Below are positions 28,265 to 40,300 of a stretch of DNA of 64,000 nt, piece by piece (position 1 is the stretch's first letter; each line of letters starts with the position of its first letter). The notes beneath the pieces were generated by a model. That model saw only the letters and a program-made list of their open reading frames with translations. It was not told the origin of the DNA and did not search any database. The position numbers and the translations under genes were made by a program. This DNA is from Vermamoeba vermiformis (lineage: Eukaryota), in assembly GCA_045837725.1 (NCBI GenBank), contig JBEWZL010000124.1:186001-250000 (forward strand), read 5' to 3'.

Positions 28265-28597
28265 ATGAAATACATTGCCATCGCTGCCATTATTTTAGGC
28301 TGCATCTGCTACAATGCCTCTGCTGATTGCGACCAGTCTCTCTTTAACAACTGCTACGATCCGTACGCATCGTGCGCCGTGGCTGCTAACACTACCGCGG
28401 CGTCTTGTGCCTGCATCTCAACGTATGGCTCTTGCTTGGATAAGAACAACTGCTACGGGATCTCAGGCACTCGCGATCAATTCTTGACTGAATGCCAACA
28501 AAAGGGCTGTACTGCTCAACAATGCAGCAGCGGTATGGCGTATGGTATTAACGCCATTGTACTCTTGGCTAGCGTGTTGTTCGCTTTGTATCATTAA
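28265..28597 (+). CDS. Small secreted Cys-rich, probably GPI-anchored surface protein
   Basis: Signal peptide, about 10 Cys, small-residue omega site (SSG) and hydrophobic C-terminus. Confidence 0.75.
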   Translation: MKYIAIAAIILGCICYNASADCDQSLFNNCYDPYASCAVAANTTAASCACISTYGSCLDKNNCYGISGTRDQFLTECQQKGCTAQQCSSGMAYGINAIVLLASVLFALYH

Positions 28598-28889
28598 TTG
28601 ATAAAATTGTAAATTTCAATTTTACTTCTTTTGATTCTCGTTACATCTTTTATAGATAAAATGACAAGTAAGGGTAATATAATTCTCAATTGACTGTCTA
28701 ACATCAATTGGTATATTTTGTATACTGTTGTACATCATTTATTCTAGAATTCAAAATTTAATGCTAAAACTCAACGGATCCTGGTAGAACCGCCCTTTTT
28801 TGCCGTTGGAGCTTTAGAATAGCTATAATTCTATTTAATGAATTATATAGCTCTTAAAAATATTCGCAGACATTTGTTACATTTTTTTA

Positions 28890-31800
28890 TTATTTCGAAA
28901 CATCGTCTTCATTTAATTCAGCAGTAGGTTTTTGTGTGGTAAAATAAGACGATAAAGCCAAGTGATCAGAAGGCCATTGATAATGAGGCACTCCACCGAG
29001 TTGTTTGAGCAGATCCGGGCCAGGAAGTTCAACGACATGTGTTCGCGCCAGATCTTCCGTATAAAATATGTAATCCACCGTGCCTTTAAACACCTTGAAG
29101 TAACTCGTGAAATAAGGCTCTGACAATTCTTCAGTATTGTATTCTTCGTAAGCAGATCTGAACTTGAACGGATGTCGGATCACCATCTCATCACTACTAC
29201 TATTTTCTTCGCTACTACTACTATTAATACTACTTTGACTCTCGACACTATCACTCTCATCGCTGTCCAACAAATGAATTCTTTTTCTTGGCAGTCCTTC
29301 AATTTCTTGACTCGGTTTTCGTTTCAATCCAACGTTGACTTCTGATTGGTCAATTTTTACACCAGCATTTTGCTTGAGAATATTTCGTGCTGTTGCTCGT
29401 TCATCTAGCTCATCAGGCGTATAGAGACTAAGATCCAGACTTCCATTTCGAACAAACTGGTACAAGCCACTCGTCGGGGTGCTGTTGAAATCTAGCGAGA
29501 GATCGTTAGTGAGACTTGCCTTATTTGGAAATAAGTTGACGGACTTACCTCCGCACAAGATCGTGTTACGTAGACTAGGATTGAATTTTGCAAGTTGTAA
29601 CAAGACTTGCTTGATCTGCTTCATCTTAACATCGATGTACTTCATATAACAGACATTAATATGTATCATATATTAGGTTTTTCTATAAGAACTTACCTTC
29701 GGATTCCAATAAATGTGCGTTGTGGCAATGCAGATCTCTTCAGCCACGCTACTCGCGCGTGCCTTGGACTTCTCCTCACGGATCTGCCCTTTATAATTCT
29801 TGTTGCCATTGCTTGATGCCGCCGAGGACTGCTTCTTGATGCCATATAGAGTCCCGTAGAAGTTATTTTGATTGGTGTTTGTGTTGTTATTTACATGACT
29901 ATTCACATCCGTTGAACTTGACTCGCTGTCACTCAACGAAGATTCCTCGCTAGAAACGTTTGTATTTGTATTCGCAGCATCGATTGGCTGTAACATTGCA
30001 AATAACGCAATGCAGTCCTTCTTGTTCCGATCTGTTGCTAGTCCGCGACTGTAGCCTCGGAAGAATTCGTCCAATTTTTGCATGTCCGGATCGTTGTAAC
30101 TAAATTTGTTCAACTCTACTGACTCGGTCCTGACGACCTTAAACCTAAAACATAATTAGTATTTGTACTAAAAAGCATAGACAAGCTTGAACCAAGCGCA
30201 TCTGAGCTCGATCTACGTACTTTTGGTCTTGATAAAAAATTGCGCATCCATCAGTTCGACCTCGTGTTCGTTGCTTCCATAAGCCTTTGTAACCAACTAA
30301 AATACAAAAATTGTAAGCATAATAAGCCAAAAAAAGAGTGCTCTAGGCTGGGCTCGAACCAGCGACCCTGGCGTTATAAGCACCATGCTCTAACCAACTG
30401 AGCTACAAGGGCGAGTGATGCCAGCGCCTTAAACTAAGGCGTCTAGCGCCCAAAAAGGACGAACGCGGCTAAAGGCGATATCCGCCCTTCACCCAACACT
30501 TTGCCCAAAAAGACTAGTCTAGGACTTTTGTTCGGAAAATTGGTTGAGAAAAGCGAAGCTGTACAACTGGGCCAGATCTTCACGACGGAGAGACGTAAAG
30601 CGTGTTTGAACGCAATCTTCTCCTCCTTCGACGCCAAGTAAGGCAGCTTTCCTCCTACTGACCTTTTTTTCATAAGGATCGAAACAATCAGACAGAATGC
30701 TTTGGAGGCCGTGGCAGCGATGCTCAACTTGAAGACAGCCACTGGAGCCGATCTATTTTATATCACAAATATTTTTTTTTTTTCCCTTACATCAGTACTA
30801 TTCAAACTACTTTAACCATGAATTTTCGTCAAACTTTTTCGGCTAAAATGGGAAGCCCCACGTGACAACACTTACTTGACTTGAACCGTACATAGAAAAG
30901 TATCTTATTTTTTCACGTTATCAGATGAAAGCTTTACTATTCACTTATATTTTATCGTTGCTGCTGCTATTCGTGCAGGCTTCATTCATAATTGAAAGCA
31001 TCGGTTGCAACGCATCCACACCGTTTGTACAAGCCGATGTACGAGTATATAATGGCAATTGCTTTCCAGAAAAATTTGGTTGGAAATTAATTGAGTGCGG
31101 TGAAGATGAAGCAATCGAATCGATGTGCGATAATTCCCAATGCACTCAAGGCTGCCTACAAAAACAAGTATACCAGCTCAATAAATGCAAGGATAATGTC
31201 TACACGATGTGCACAAAAAGCTTTCCAAACATCACCAAATTAACTGGAAATCCTGGTCCCTACGTTGTCTCAAAAAGCTTTAACGAAGAGTACCATGCGG
31301 GTTGTGAAGCAAAGTACGCGGAAACGACGTACTACGACTTGACCGGCGTATGTCGCAAGTATCTACAAAGCAAGTCGTACTTTTTATCGTGCGATCCGAA
31401 CGACGCGCTAGAGTGGTTGTTCGAAAAGAACACTGTTTGTCAGGGAGCAGTTACTGAATTACTCACAACCCGATTTAGCTGCACTCCTACCTCGTTTGTA
31501 ACGTGCGAATATTATCCTTAATAAATACACGAACTTAAAAAAAAAAAGTTGGCTGAGATCGAATCCGCATCTGATGGTCGCGGCGACAAAACGATATTCT
31601 ACCAACTGAACCACAGGGGCACCCAAAAAAATTATTGCTGCTTAATCTGCTGAACACGAGCAAAAAAGTAATGAGGGCGACGTGATTCGAACACGCAACC
31701 ATCGGACCTGGAATCCGCCGCTCTACCGTTGGAGCTACGCCCCCTCAGTTGAACGCCCAGTAAGCGGCTCTAAGGAAGTCGTCAAAAAGAACAAAGCCCT

Positions 31801-32762
31801 GGGCTGACACGAAGCAGCTCGCGAGCCCGAACATTTTGACACGCCCAAAAAAAAATGTAGTTGAGTGTAAAATTACACCACGAACTTGTAGCAAGCGCAC
31901 GATATCCCAACGATTGAGAAGCAAAAAAGAAAAAAAAGAGGAATCCGACCTGCCGGAATCGAACCAGCGACCTAAGGATTGATGCTTCACTACAGTCCTC
32001 CGCTCTACCGACTGAGCTAAGGTCGGTTTGATGACCGCGGCCTTCGCTGGTCCGTCGGGGCGACAGGACGGAGGAGCACAACTCAGGAACACCCCGGCAG
32101 TCCCGGATAGTCCCAGTCCGGATCCCCAGGATTGCAAGAGCTTGGCGTGCGCACTAATTCTCTCCTGAACAGTTGCACAACTAGCCCCTCAATATGGATA
32201 CGGCTTGACAAGTAACCGTCAAGGTAAACTCACGACCTCAGTCGGTAGAGCATAGGCAACGTTGTGTATGGATAGCATTTGAAGTAACTTACGTGTTTCC
32301 AAATTGTTCTTGAACCAAGCGTAATCCTCGAGCTCTTGCATGCATATAATGTCGGGTGTCTTGTCTTGAATAGCGTTGAGAATGAGTTTCCTTCGATACG
32401 GCCATTTCAAAGCAGGGTACGGGCAGTATGGATAGAACGAATAATTGATGTACGAATCAGCAAGGACATTCCAAGTCATTAAGCTGAAGTTGGTGCCTTG
32501 ACACGATCGGGTCAGTACGTTCATTAAAAATTTAATTCGTTTACGTACCAACAGTCTGCATCGTTCCTTCATCGTGCATCATTTTATTATTTTTGCATTC
32601 CATAATTTTTAAAGGAAAGCAAATTTCTGACGTTTGTTGGTGTCGTTGCGCTGAGATCGAGATCGACCTTGTGGATCCATTATTTGACGATGATCGAACG
32701 TGTAAATATGTACAAGTTGATGATTTTCGACAATAGCCACGAGCGAAGTACTTGCAAATCAT
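28890..32762 (-). CDS. CCCH zinc finger plus EEP (Angel/CCR4-like) phosphodiesterase; 2-kb intron 30297-32292
   Basis: N-terminal CKYFARGYCRKSSTCTYLH; motifs TWNVLA, ICMQE, DGCAIFY, ATTHIYW, CGDFNS, VDYIFY, PSDHLAL. Splicing 32293 to 30296 joins in frame as LETLGYKG. Confidence 0.85.
30339..30412 (-). tRNA. tRNA-Ile (TAT), intronless, inside host-gene intron
   Basis: Cloverleaf with anticodon arm TGGTG-CTTATAA-CGCCA, A and B boxes and an oligo-T terminator. Acceptor stem has C3:A70 and T6:T67 mismatches. Confidence 0.9.
30925..31521 (+). CDS. Secreted Cys-rich protein nested antisense in the EEP gene intron
   Basis: Intronless 198-aa ORF with signal peptide and two Cys-rich halves; AATAAA at the stop. 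Confidence 0.75.
   Translation: MKALLFTYILSLLLLFVQASFIIESIGCNASTPFVQADVRVYNGNCFPEKFGWKLIECGEDEAIESMCDNSQCTQGCLQKQVYQLNKCKDNVYTMCTKSFPNITKLTGNPGPYVVSKSFNEEYHAGCEAKYAETTYYDLTGVCRKYLQSKSYFLSCDPNDALEWLFEKNTVCQGAVTELLTTRFSCTPTSFVTCEYYP
31548..31620 (-). pseudogene. Degenerate tRNA-like element (possible GTC/Asp anticodon)
   Basis: GCCCCTG-TGGTTCAGTTGGTAGAAT (intact A box/D arm), TTCGA-containing B-box-like loop and T11 terminator. The 3' acceptor strand is missing. Confidence 0.55.
31672..31744 (-). tRNA. tRNA-Trp (CCA) with G27:A43 mismatch
   Basis: Acceptor GGGGGCG/CGCCCTC, anticodon arm GCGGA-TTCCAGG-TCCGA, T arm GCGTG-TTCGAAT-CACGT, T6 terminator. Confidence 0.9.
31944..32026 (-). tRNA. tRNA-Tyr (GTA) with 10-nt canonical intron (31980-31989)
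   Basis: C1-G72 acceptor CCGACCT/AGGTCGG; GAGGA-CTGTAG-[TGAAGCATCA]-ATCCTT; oligo-T terminator. Confidence 0.95.
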
Positions 32763-33306
32763 CTGATTATGGTTAGCGAAAATGAATTATTGCAATTACT
32801 GAAATCCGCTGAACAACGCGACTAATTGGTGAAAATAAGCTTATTATTATTACAAAAAATATTTAGAAATTAATATAAGGCCAAACAAGTAAAGTAATGT
32901 CCGGATCTAAATTGGGTCCCAAAAAAATATTTCAACGTCAAGAAATGCCAAAACAATAATTGTCATCAAAATAATCCATTTATAATCACGATCAAATATG
33001 GTAGGATTTATATAATTGCCGCGAAGTCTTTAATTTGCACGATCTGATCCTGGTCTTCTGCCAACACTTACTGAAGCCTGCATGATTGCTGAACTGCACT
33101 TCTGAGATCGCTCGTATGTGTTATTGTTCTATTTACAAATAAATAATGTTAACCGAACAGAAATTTGGATCAATTTGAAAAATAGGATTGACTCGTGAGC
33201 TGGAACTAACCGTTTGGATTTTATTGTACAATTCCAAAGATTAAAAATACATTTGACTATCTAGCTAACTATATGAATACAAGTTATTTATATTTTCAGA
33301 TCGTTC

Positions 33307-33972
33307 TTAAGGGCGAACGCATTGAGAAGGTTGGCAAGGAGCATCAGCGCAGGTGTGAGTAACGCGACGAGCGCAGCCTTCACGACCAGCGACGTAAGTG
33401 GGCCAGGGCAAGAGGGGGTTGGCGGATTCGTCGTAGTTCAAGACACCGTATTGTTGCAAGAAGCGGACTGAATCCGACAACCATTCAGTGAACTCGGTGA
33501 ATTGATCGCCAAAGAAGTTGGTCTTAGCAAACCAAATGTCGTTGACAACAGACTTGACACCAGCTTGAGTGACTTGTCTGTATTGGACCTTGACAGCAGC
33601 GTTTCTGGTGACCGGATCGATGGCCATGCCGTCGGCTTCAAAGAAGACGGTGACGTTGGCAGGGCGAGAAGTAGGAACGCAAGTGGCGTCCAAATCGGTC
33701 AAAGCGTTGGTGAGGCCGTGGTAAACTCTAGTGGGGTAAGCAAAAATGACATCGTCGTCGAAAACTTCAATCATTTTGTTTCTGTTGCAAGTAGTCCAGG
33801 CTTCAGCAAACTTGAAGATAGCTCGTTGAACGCGACCTTGGTAGCCAACATAGAGAGGACCATTGTAGGTGACGCCTTGGGGTAATTGGTTGAACCAACC
33901 GAAGGTTTCAGTCTCGGCGGTGGCAAGAGCCAAAACGCATCCGAAGACAGCAAGAAGAAGAAGCTTGTTCAT
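33307..33972 (-). CDS. Secreted protein with probable NTF2/SnoaL-like fold, strongly codon-biased
   Basis: Signal peptide; FAEAW...F-DDDVIF..P...HG pattern; intronless; codon usage resembles the actin gene. Confidence 0.6.
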   Translation of the reverse strand: MNKLLLLAVFGCVLALATAETETFGWFNQLPQGVTYNGPLYVGYQGRVQRAIFKFAEAWTTCNRNKMIEVFDDDVIFAYPTRVYHGLTNALTDLDATCVPTSRPANVTVFFEADGMAIDPVTRNAAVKVQYRQVTQAGVKSVVNDIWFAKTNFFGDQFTEFTEWLSDSVRFLQQYGVLNYDESANPLLPWPTYVAGREGCARRVTHTCADAPCQPSQCVRP

Positions 33973-34455
33973 TTGTGTTGTTGTGTTGTCGATTTTGAAT
34001 TGAATAATTGACAGCGAAAATTCGTTATTTATACTTTCTGGACCATAAAATTTATTAGCGATTCACATCAAAAAAGGTGTAATTATTATTTAATTGTATT
34101 CCACTTACTATATCAGGACTATGGCGAATTCGCAAAAGTCATAGATTACCTAATTACTACTGATGCGCGGTGCAAAAGCCACTCGTCTCCATGACAGCTC
34201 GGCTTGATTTTTTATTTGCGGCAGATCGTCGAAAAGTGTCACCAGATCCAACCTGTGTAAAACAAAAGGAGGTTATACTGCGCTAGTCTATACTCATACT
34301 CGATCGAGAATAGCGTTTTAGAACACTATCGGTCCGAATGAGTTAAAGTTAGTTGTGAAGTGCGTAACGGAAATCACCCGCATTCAATCTCCGTGCGTTG
34401 TACGCACGAGATCCCTCCAAGAACACCTCTCTTTGCTGTTTGGAACCTCGATTTA

Positions 34456-37092
34456 CTAAATTCTAGAGTCCACAAACGTATGTACAATGAACTTCAACAC
34501 TTTGTCGAGATGTGTTGCGCCCGGTAGTTCGCTGAGATCGAGCGAGATCATCGCTCCACCTTCGCTTGTTTCGAAGACATTGAAGCATATATCGCACTGC
34601 TGCACGCTATATAACACGTCGATAGTGCTATCGGGTAAATGGGGTTAGATCTCGGTATTCGGATTCAAAAAATTTGTTGTCTCGCAAGGTTGTCACAAGA
34701 AGATTTGATTTAAAATGTAAATAAATTGTGTGAGTTCGATATTCAAAGAAAATAATAGGATAAAAGACCTTATACGATAATAAAACGCTAAACTTACATG
34801 AAAGTGTTTGAGTACGGGAACACGACACGAGATGCCTTCTTTTTGACGAGATCTTTGCTGATCCAGTTGCAGACCTCGCTACAAATCTTATTCATAAACG
34901 CATCGCTCAATTTTTGCAGTACGTGGTTGCATAATTCTTCCGCTGTTTCAAAAATAGTGACTTCATCAATTCGAATTTCAGTGCCGTCCAACAGCACCTT
35001 CATCGAAAAACTTTATATGAATAGTTAGTATACCATATCTATATTCATATTAGATAGGTTATTAATGATATTCTTACTCGTTCAAATACTTGAGCTCGAA
35101 TTCGGAGATAAATTCCTGGTCGCTCTTTTTGTCCTCAGTCGTCCAATGCAAACGCAACGGCGTCAAATTATCGCACATTCTATGCACCCTCTCGTTGATC
35201 TGATAACGCAGCTTATAGTGCTTGACTAAGGTAAGCAACTGGTCGAGCATCGTGTCTTCTTTTTTCCTAGGGATCGAGATCCGTCAGTACACAAGTAACT
35301 AGATCGAGTTCATTTTGTAACGTACTTCTCATCTGTTCGCAAAAAGTCCTTAATAAATTTAGGCCTATGATCTTCTTTCTCTTTTTCCACGTGTTTGTTT
35401 CGTAGAAATTCTTGTAGCTTAATGTAGATCAGCGAGTATAACGTATCAGCTTGCAGTTTGCTAAGCGATATATCATTCGACTCCATATCGATACGCTCTT
35501 TCGGCTAAGCGTAATTATCGTAAGTTAAAATTGTGATCCAATTACACAAAATTTGCCGCTTAATTAACTTACTAATTGTGCGTGTTCAGGTGAATCAAAG
35601 ACAATAGTAAACGACTCTTCGTGTTCTGTAGTCTCGAGTTTGATTTCATTCTCGAATATTTGTAGCAATGACTTTTTACATTTTTGAGCGTCTCTCGAGA
35701 TCTGTTTTTAGGGTTAGTTTTGCACCGCTGGATCCGGACAAAAGATGTTACCTGTCTAAATAATTCATTAAACCATAGTGTCCGCTGCGCTTGTACAAGC
35801 AAATTATGGCACTCGTGGACTCCCCGTGCCTTTTCAATGGTCTCATCATCCACGCTATCTTCGCTCATGCTGTGATCTGCTTCACAACGTCATTAAGCAC
35901 ATAAGTCTTATAATAGTAATCTTACCATCGAGTTCATCAACGTTATCTATTGACGTGAAGTTAGACATCTCGACATAAGCCGAGGTTGAAGTCACAGCGA
36001 ATTGTTTCGTGACCAATGAACGCGGCAGCGTCAACTCGACATCACCTGTCTCCTCGTTGATTTCAAGCGGCAATTCTCGCGCTCGAACCGAAGAACCATC
36101 TACACGGGCGTTAGTAAAATATCGATATAGTGAAAGCACTGCGTACCATTGAAGTAAGTAAAATCGACTGAAAACTTGGGTTGGTAACGATTGACATTTT
36201 GAGGTGGAGCTGTAATCTTCCATTCTTTTCTTAGTTGCATTACTGAGTCAAAATAATTATTTTCTTTTTGTACGCTGATTCGTAATTCTTCAGCAGCTTG
36301 TGCGAGCTTGACTGCGCTCTTTTTGAGTTGCTGTAAGGCGTGGAAAATTTAGTACTAGGAATGCTTATTATAGGCACTTATACCTTTTGTTTGCTTCCTA
36401 ATTCATAGACCTTCTCGTTCATAATAACTTTAGGCATTTGCGGTGGTCTCATAATGCCAATCAAGCCCACGTGTTCACCCTTCAACAGCAGATCCAACAA
36501 AGCTACGAGTTGTTCCATTTCACCTCGTGCACGTCTAAAAATAAGATAAATATTCATGTATGGTTTCAATAAGGATTTTTTCGACGATTGAAAAAATTTA
36601 ACAGATCTGACTTACGTTATGCTGTCATTGACTTTTGACCAAACCCACTCATTTTGATTCTTATTTTTATTTTCCTCTTTTTCTTTCTTTTTCTTGCTCT
36701 TTTTAGAAAAATCTATCGTCCGAACAAGTTCCATAAACTGATCTTCATAAGTTTTCTCCCTAATCATTTAAAAAATTAAGATTATAATTTATATTAAATC
36801 AATAAATACTATATGGTTTGATATTGACAATATAACTGAATGTGTAAATAGCTCCAGGATTTTTTTCAATTATTTTGAAAGCAATTTTTTGACGGATGGC
36901 TTACTCTTCATAATTTTCTCCTCCATCGTCCCCATAAAATTCTACTTTTCGTTCGGGAAGTGTTTCAATTGCAATTTTTAATTTCTTAAATGGAGGCTCT
37001 TGAATCCCGTCCATCTGATCATGTCCATTAACACCATTCTTCGAGTCATGGTCATGATTGAGCACACCGTTGTGCTCTCGCTTTATACTCAT
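34456..37092 (-). CDS. MED17: Mediator complex subunit 17-like
   Basis: Spliced: ...RARGEMEQLVALLDLL...KQKQLKKSAVKLAQAAEEL...YFDSVMQLRKEWKI...LVQAQRTLWFNELFRQISRDA. Confidence 0.7.
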
Positions 37093-37270
37093 CGAAATAA
37101 TTGCCTAATGTTGTTAGGGGTCCAGATCAAATGACAAAACTGAAATTTTACCAATTCATCATATTTACTTCACCGCACTACTTCTGATTCGTGTATATGA
37201 CAATTTTATCGTCCTTCACTCATGAGAAAATGATTTCTGAAGTCAAGATGAAGAGATAGCTGAGCTAGGA

Positions 37271-37279
37271 TTTCCCGCC
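37271..37279 (+). promoter_or_regulatory. E2F-type motif TTTCCCGCC in the MED17/DNMT1 divergent promoter
   Basis: Matches TTTSSCGC about 100 bp upstream of the DNMT1 ATG; short motif, function inferred. Confidence 0.35.
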
Positions 37280-37371
37280 TGTTTCGGCTGCACCGTTGCA
37301 AAATATTCAAACATCGGACACGAACAATTTTATCATTTTTTTATTACACTACACCTCTTCAGGCTAGAATA

Positions 37372-40300
37372 ATGTCGAAAAAACTAAAGAAGGGTAAGGC
37401 ATCGCAGATCCAAGGCAGTGAATCCGATCGAGCGAATGATTATTGACACTACACGAATATTTATGCATACATAAATTCGCCAATAAATATTCTATAATAT
37501 TAACAACCATAATTACGCATAAAACATTAATTTTTGACTCATTGTAACGAATATATTTAGGCCAAGACACCGAAGAAGACTTAGCCTTGAGCTTTTGGTT
37601 CGCTGAAGAGCACGAAAAACAAGAAGAGGAATTATTAGATAAATTAATAATTGAAACGAATAATGATCAAGTCAGCGATTTTGAGAATCCAGCTCAACCC
37701 GAGTGGCTTTTAGACGAGTTCGTTATTTATCAATCACACGACCACGCTGTAAGTTTTAATCGATTAATATTACATTTAGTATTATATTAATATGAAACGC
37801 ACGCTAGATCTTTAACTTGGAGCAATTGTCATTCGCGGATGCGATTATCGCCGCATCAGGCACAGTAAAGCTTCTGCCTCGTGAATTTAGCGACGACGAT
37901 GACGAAGAAGAGATCGAACGATACAGAGAACGCGAGAGAAATTTTGAACCCTTCCGCGTTCAATTAGGCCGTATTGCTCAATGGAGTGTTTCTTACGATA
38001 TTGCTTCATCTGCGAAGACCAACATTTGGATCCGCACTGAATTTTGCTGGTACAGATTAGGCCAACCTCTTGAACAATACGCCGAGGTACGTACACGTAT
38101 TCTACTCCTATATGAGTTGGTCTTAACAATACAATGTAGCAATACTTCCCCTTACAAATCAAATCGCAATTGTGCTCGAAGGTCATCGCACTTCTCGGTA
38201 ACAATCCTGGAGCTACTTTTGAGGACTTTGTCAAAGAGGTATGTCAGAACCATCTCCGGATCTGGTAGCTAAGATTAACTAACCGCCCATCGTATTAGAT
38301 TACCGCTGTTGAAGAAGCAGACGATGATGACGACGATGTTTGGGAGAGCAATGCTTTGACCTTCACGGAAGATGACTTGGTCGAACACGCCGAGTTCATT
38401 TTGCAACAAGTACGTAACGGATCCAGCTGCAATTGAATCATTATTACGAGTTACTAACGCGATGTTAACGTGCCACAGATTGACAGTCTCGCTGCCGAGC
38501 ATGATAACGCCGAGTTATGGTTGTCTCCTTTCTTCCAAGAGTTGGTAAGTTCTTGATCCGAATCCGGTGCTTGCAAGCGTTGGAGAAGCAAATGGATGGT
38601 TTAGTGTTCATTCCTGGTGGAAGTAGTGACCCGAACACGATGTTGCAGTCGCTCTCGGGCACGACCACACTAACAAGAATGCACCGCTTCCCGTCCGATC
38701 AGCGAAGTTAAGCTTGTTCAGGCCTTCTTAGTACTGGGGTAGGAGACTACCTGGGAATCGGAGGTGTTGTGCTCTTCTCTTTTTTGCTTTTTGCCTCTTA
38801 TCGCACAAGCCTGATAGAAAGCCTTGCGAATAAGCTCCGGCGAAAGTGGATCTCGCATCTAATATTTTTGATCTAGAACGTTCGTCTCGAAGCGAAGAAG
38901 AAGCTGCCTAACAAGAAGCTTGCTGGCAAGTCTCAACTCCGAGCCAATCAGACCAAGGGTAAGCCATTCAGCCGCTTTATTTATTTTGGCCTATTTTGTC
39001 TCGCAAAATCAACGCCAATTTTTTGCTCGCGAGCTGCTCCTTCATTCTAATTATCGCAATCTACGATAACACCATGGCGTATCTAACTAATACATTGGTT
39101 AGCCACAACCACCCCGCTCGTTTACTCGATCTGGAAGGGCTTCTGGGCTAAAACACTTGCCTTCAATAGAAAAGCTATCAAGAACAAGGCTGTACCCAAG
39201 AAAGCTGCTAAACCGAAGAAAGGTCTTGCTGAGAAGTCTAAACTCTTCGAGTATGTATTTTTAAATATTTTATTTGATTTTATTTTTAATTTTGGATGTG
39301 ATCTGCAGAGATCGTAAGCTCAATATCCAATGGATCGGCGCACCTGTCAAGACCGAAACTACTGACAAGGGCAAGAGAACGTATTACAAGTCCGTTTACG
39401 TTAACAACACCAAGTAAGTCAAAACTCAATCCGCTGTTGGATTGTCAGTTCCCAGACTAACGCGTTATAGATACGAGGTTGGTGAGGCCGTCTATGTTCA
39501 ATCACCTACAGAAGGTGAAGACGAATTCATTGCCATCATTACTTCGTTGTGGCGTCAAGGAGAGGACAACTTGTTCCACGCTCTTTGGTTCTGCAAATCC
39601 AAGGACACTGTTCTCGGTGATTCCGGTTCCGAGCATGAGGTAAGAATAATAGACACGTTATATACCTAAGTAGATCCGATACTTATGTTTCGCAGCTTTT
39701 CTTGACCGATCTCTGCGACAACAACTATTTGGAAGCCTTGATCGGCAAGCCCGACCGTCTCGTCTACGTTAAACCTGATGAACCTACTCCTGACTTTGGA
39801 GAGAGCCCTGATTCATATTTCTTCCGCTTGTTCTATCACCAAGGCAAGGTCTGCTTTACAAATCCGCCGTACCAAATGGATTGCACTACTGGCGACTGCC
39901 CTGTTTGCAAGGTAAGAATAAGGATAAATATAAACTCAACCCTGTTGTCCCGCCTACATTGTTCCATATACGATGATCGGCTCATATCAGCAGGGAATAT
40001 TTCAATACAAAGTTTGCTACGCGAACTCGATCTAATTTTTTCTTGAACTAGCATAAAGAGACTTCCAAGCCTACTGCTGTTCCTGTTGGCGAGCCTATCA
40101 AGGAAGACGGAAAGTACAAGCTATACGATGCCTTCCAATACAATGGCGTTACTTACCGAGTGAACGACACCATCTACTTGGATCCGTCTGAAGTCGATAC
40201 TGTTACTATTGCCGAAGATGACGCTCCTGTTGTCCGCTCTGACAAGAAGAAAAAGAAGAAGAAGGAAGAAAGCGATAAGAGTCCTTCTAAGACCATCGAC

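Noticed and set aside
30339-30412. Acceptor-stem mismatches in tRNA-Ile as a sign of 5' tRNA editing
   Set aside because: Such editing is known for amoebozoan mitochondrial tRNAs. The other nuclear tRNAs here pair normally, and one mismatch may be a variant or error.
37434-37540. Box-C-like AATGATTATTGA in DNMT1 intron 1
   Set aside because: No box D, convincing terminal stem or rRNA-complementary guide found.
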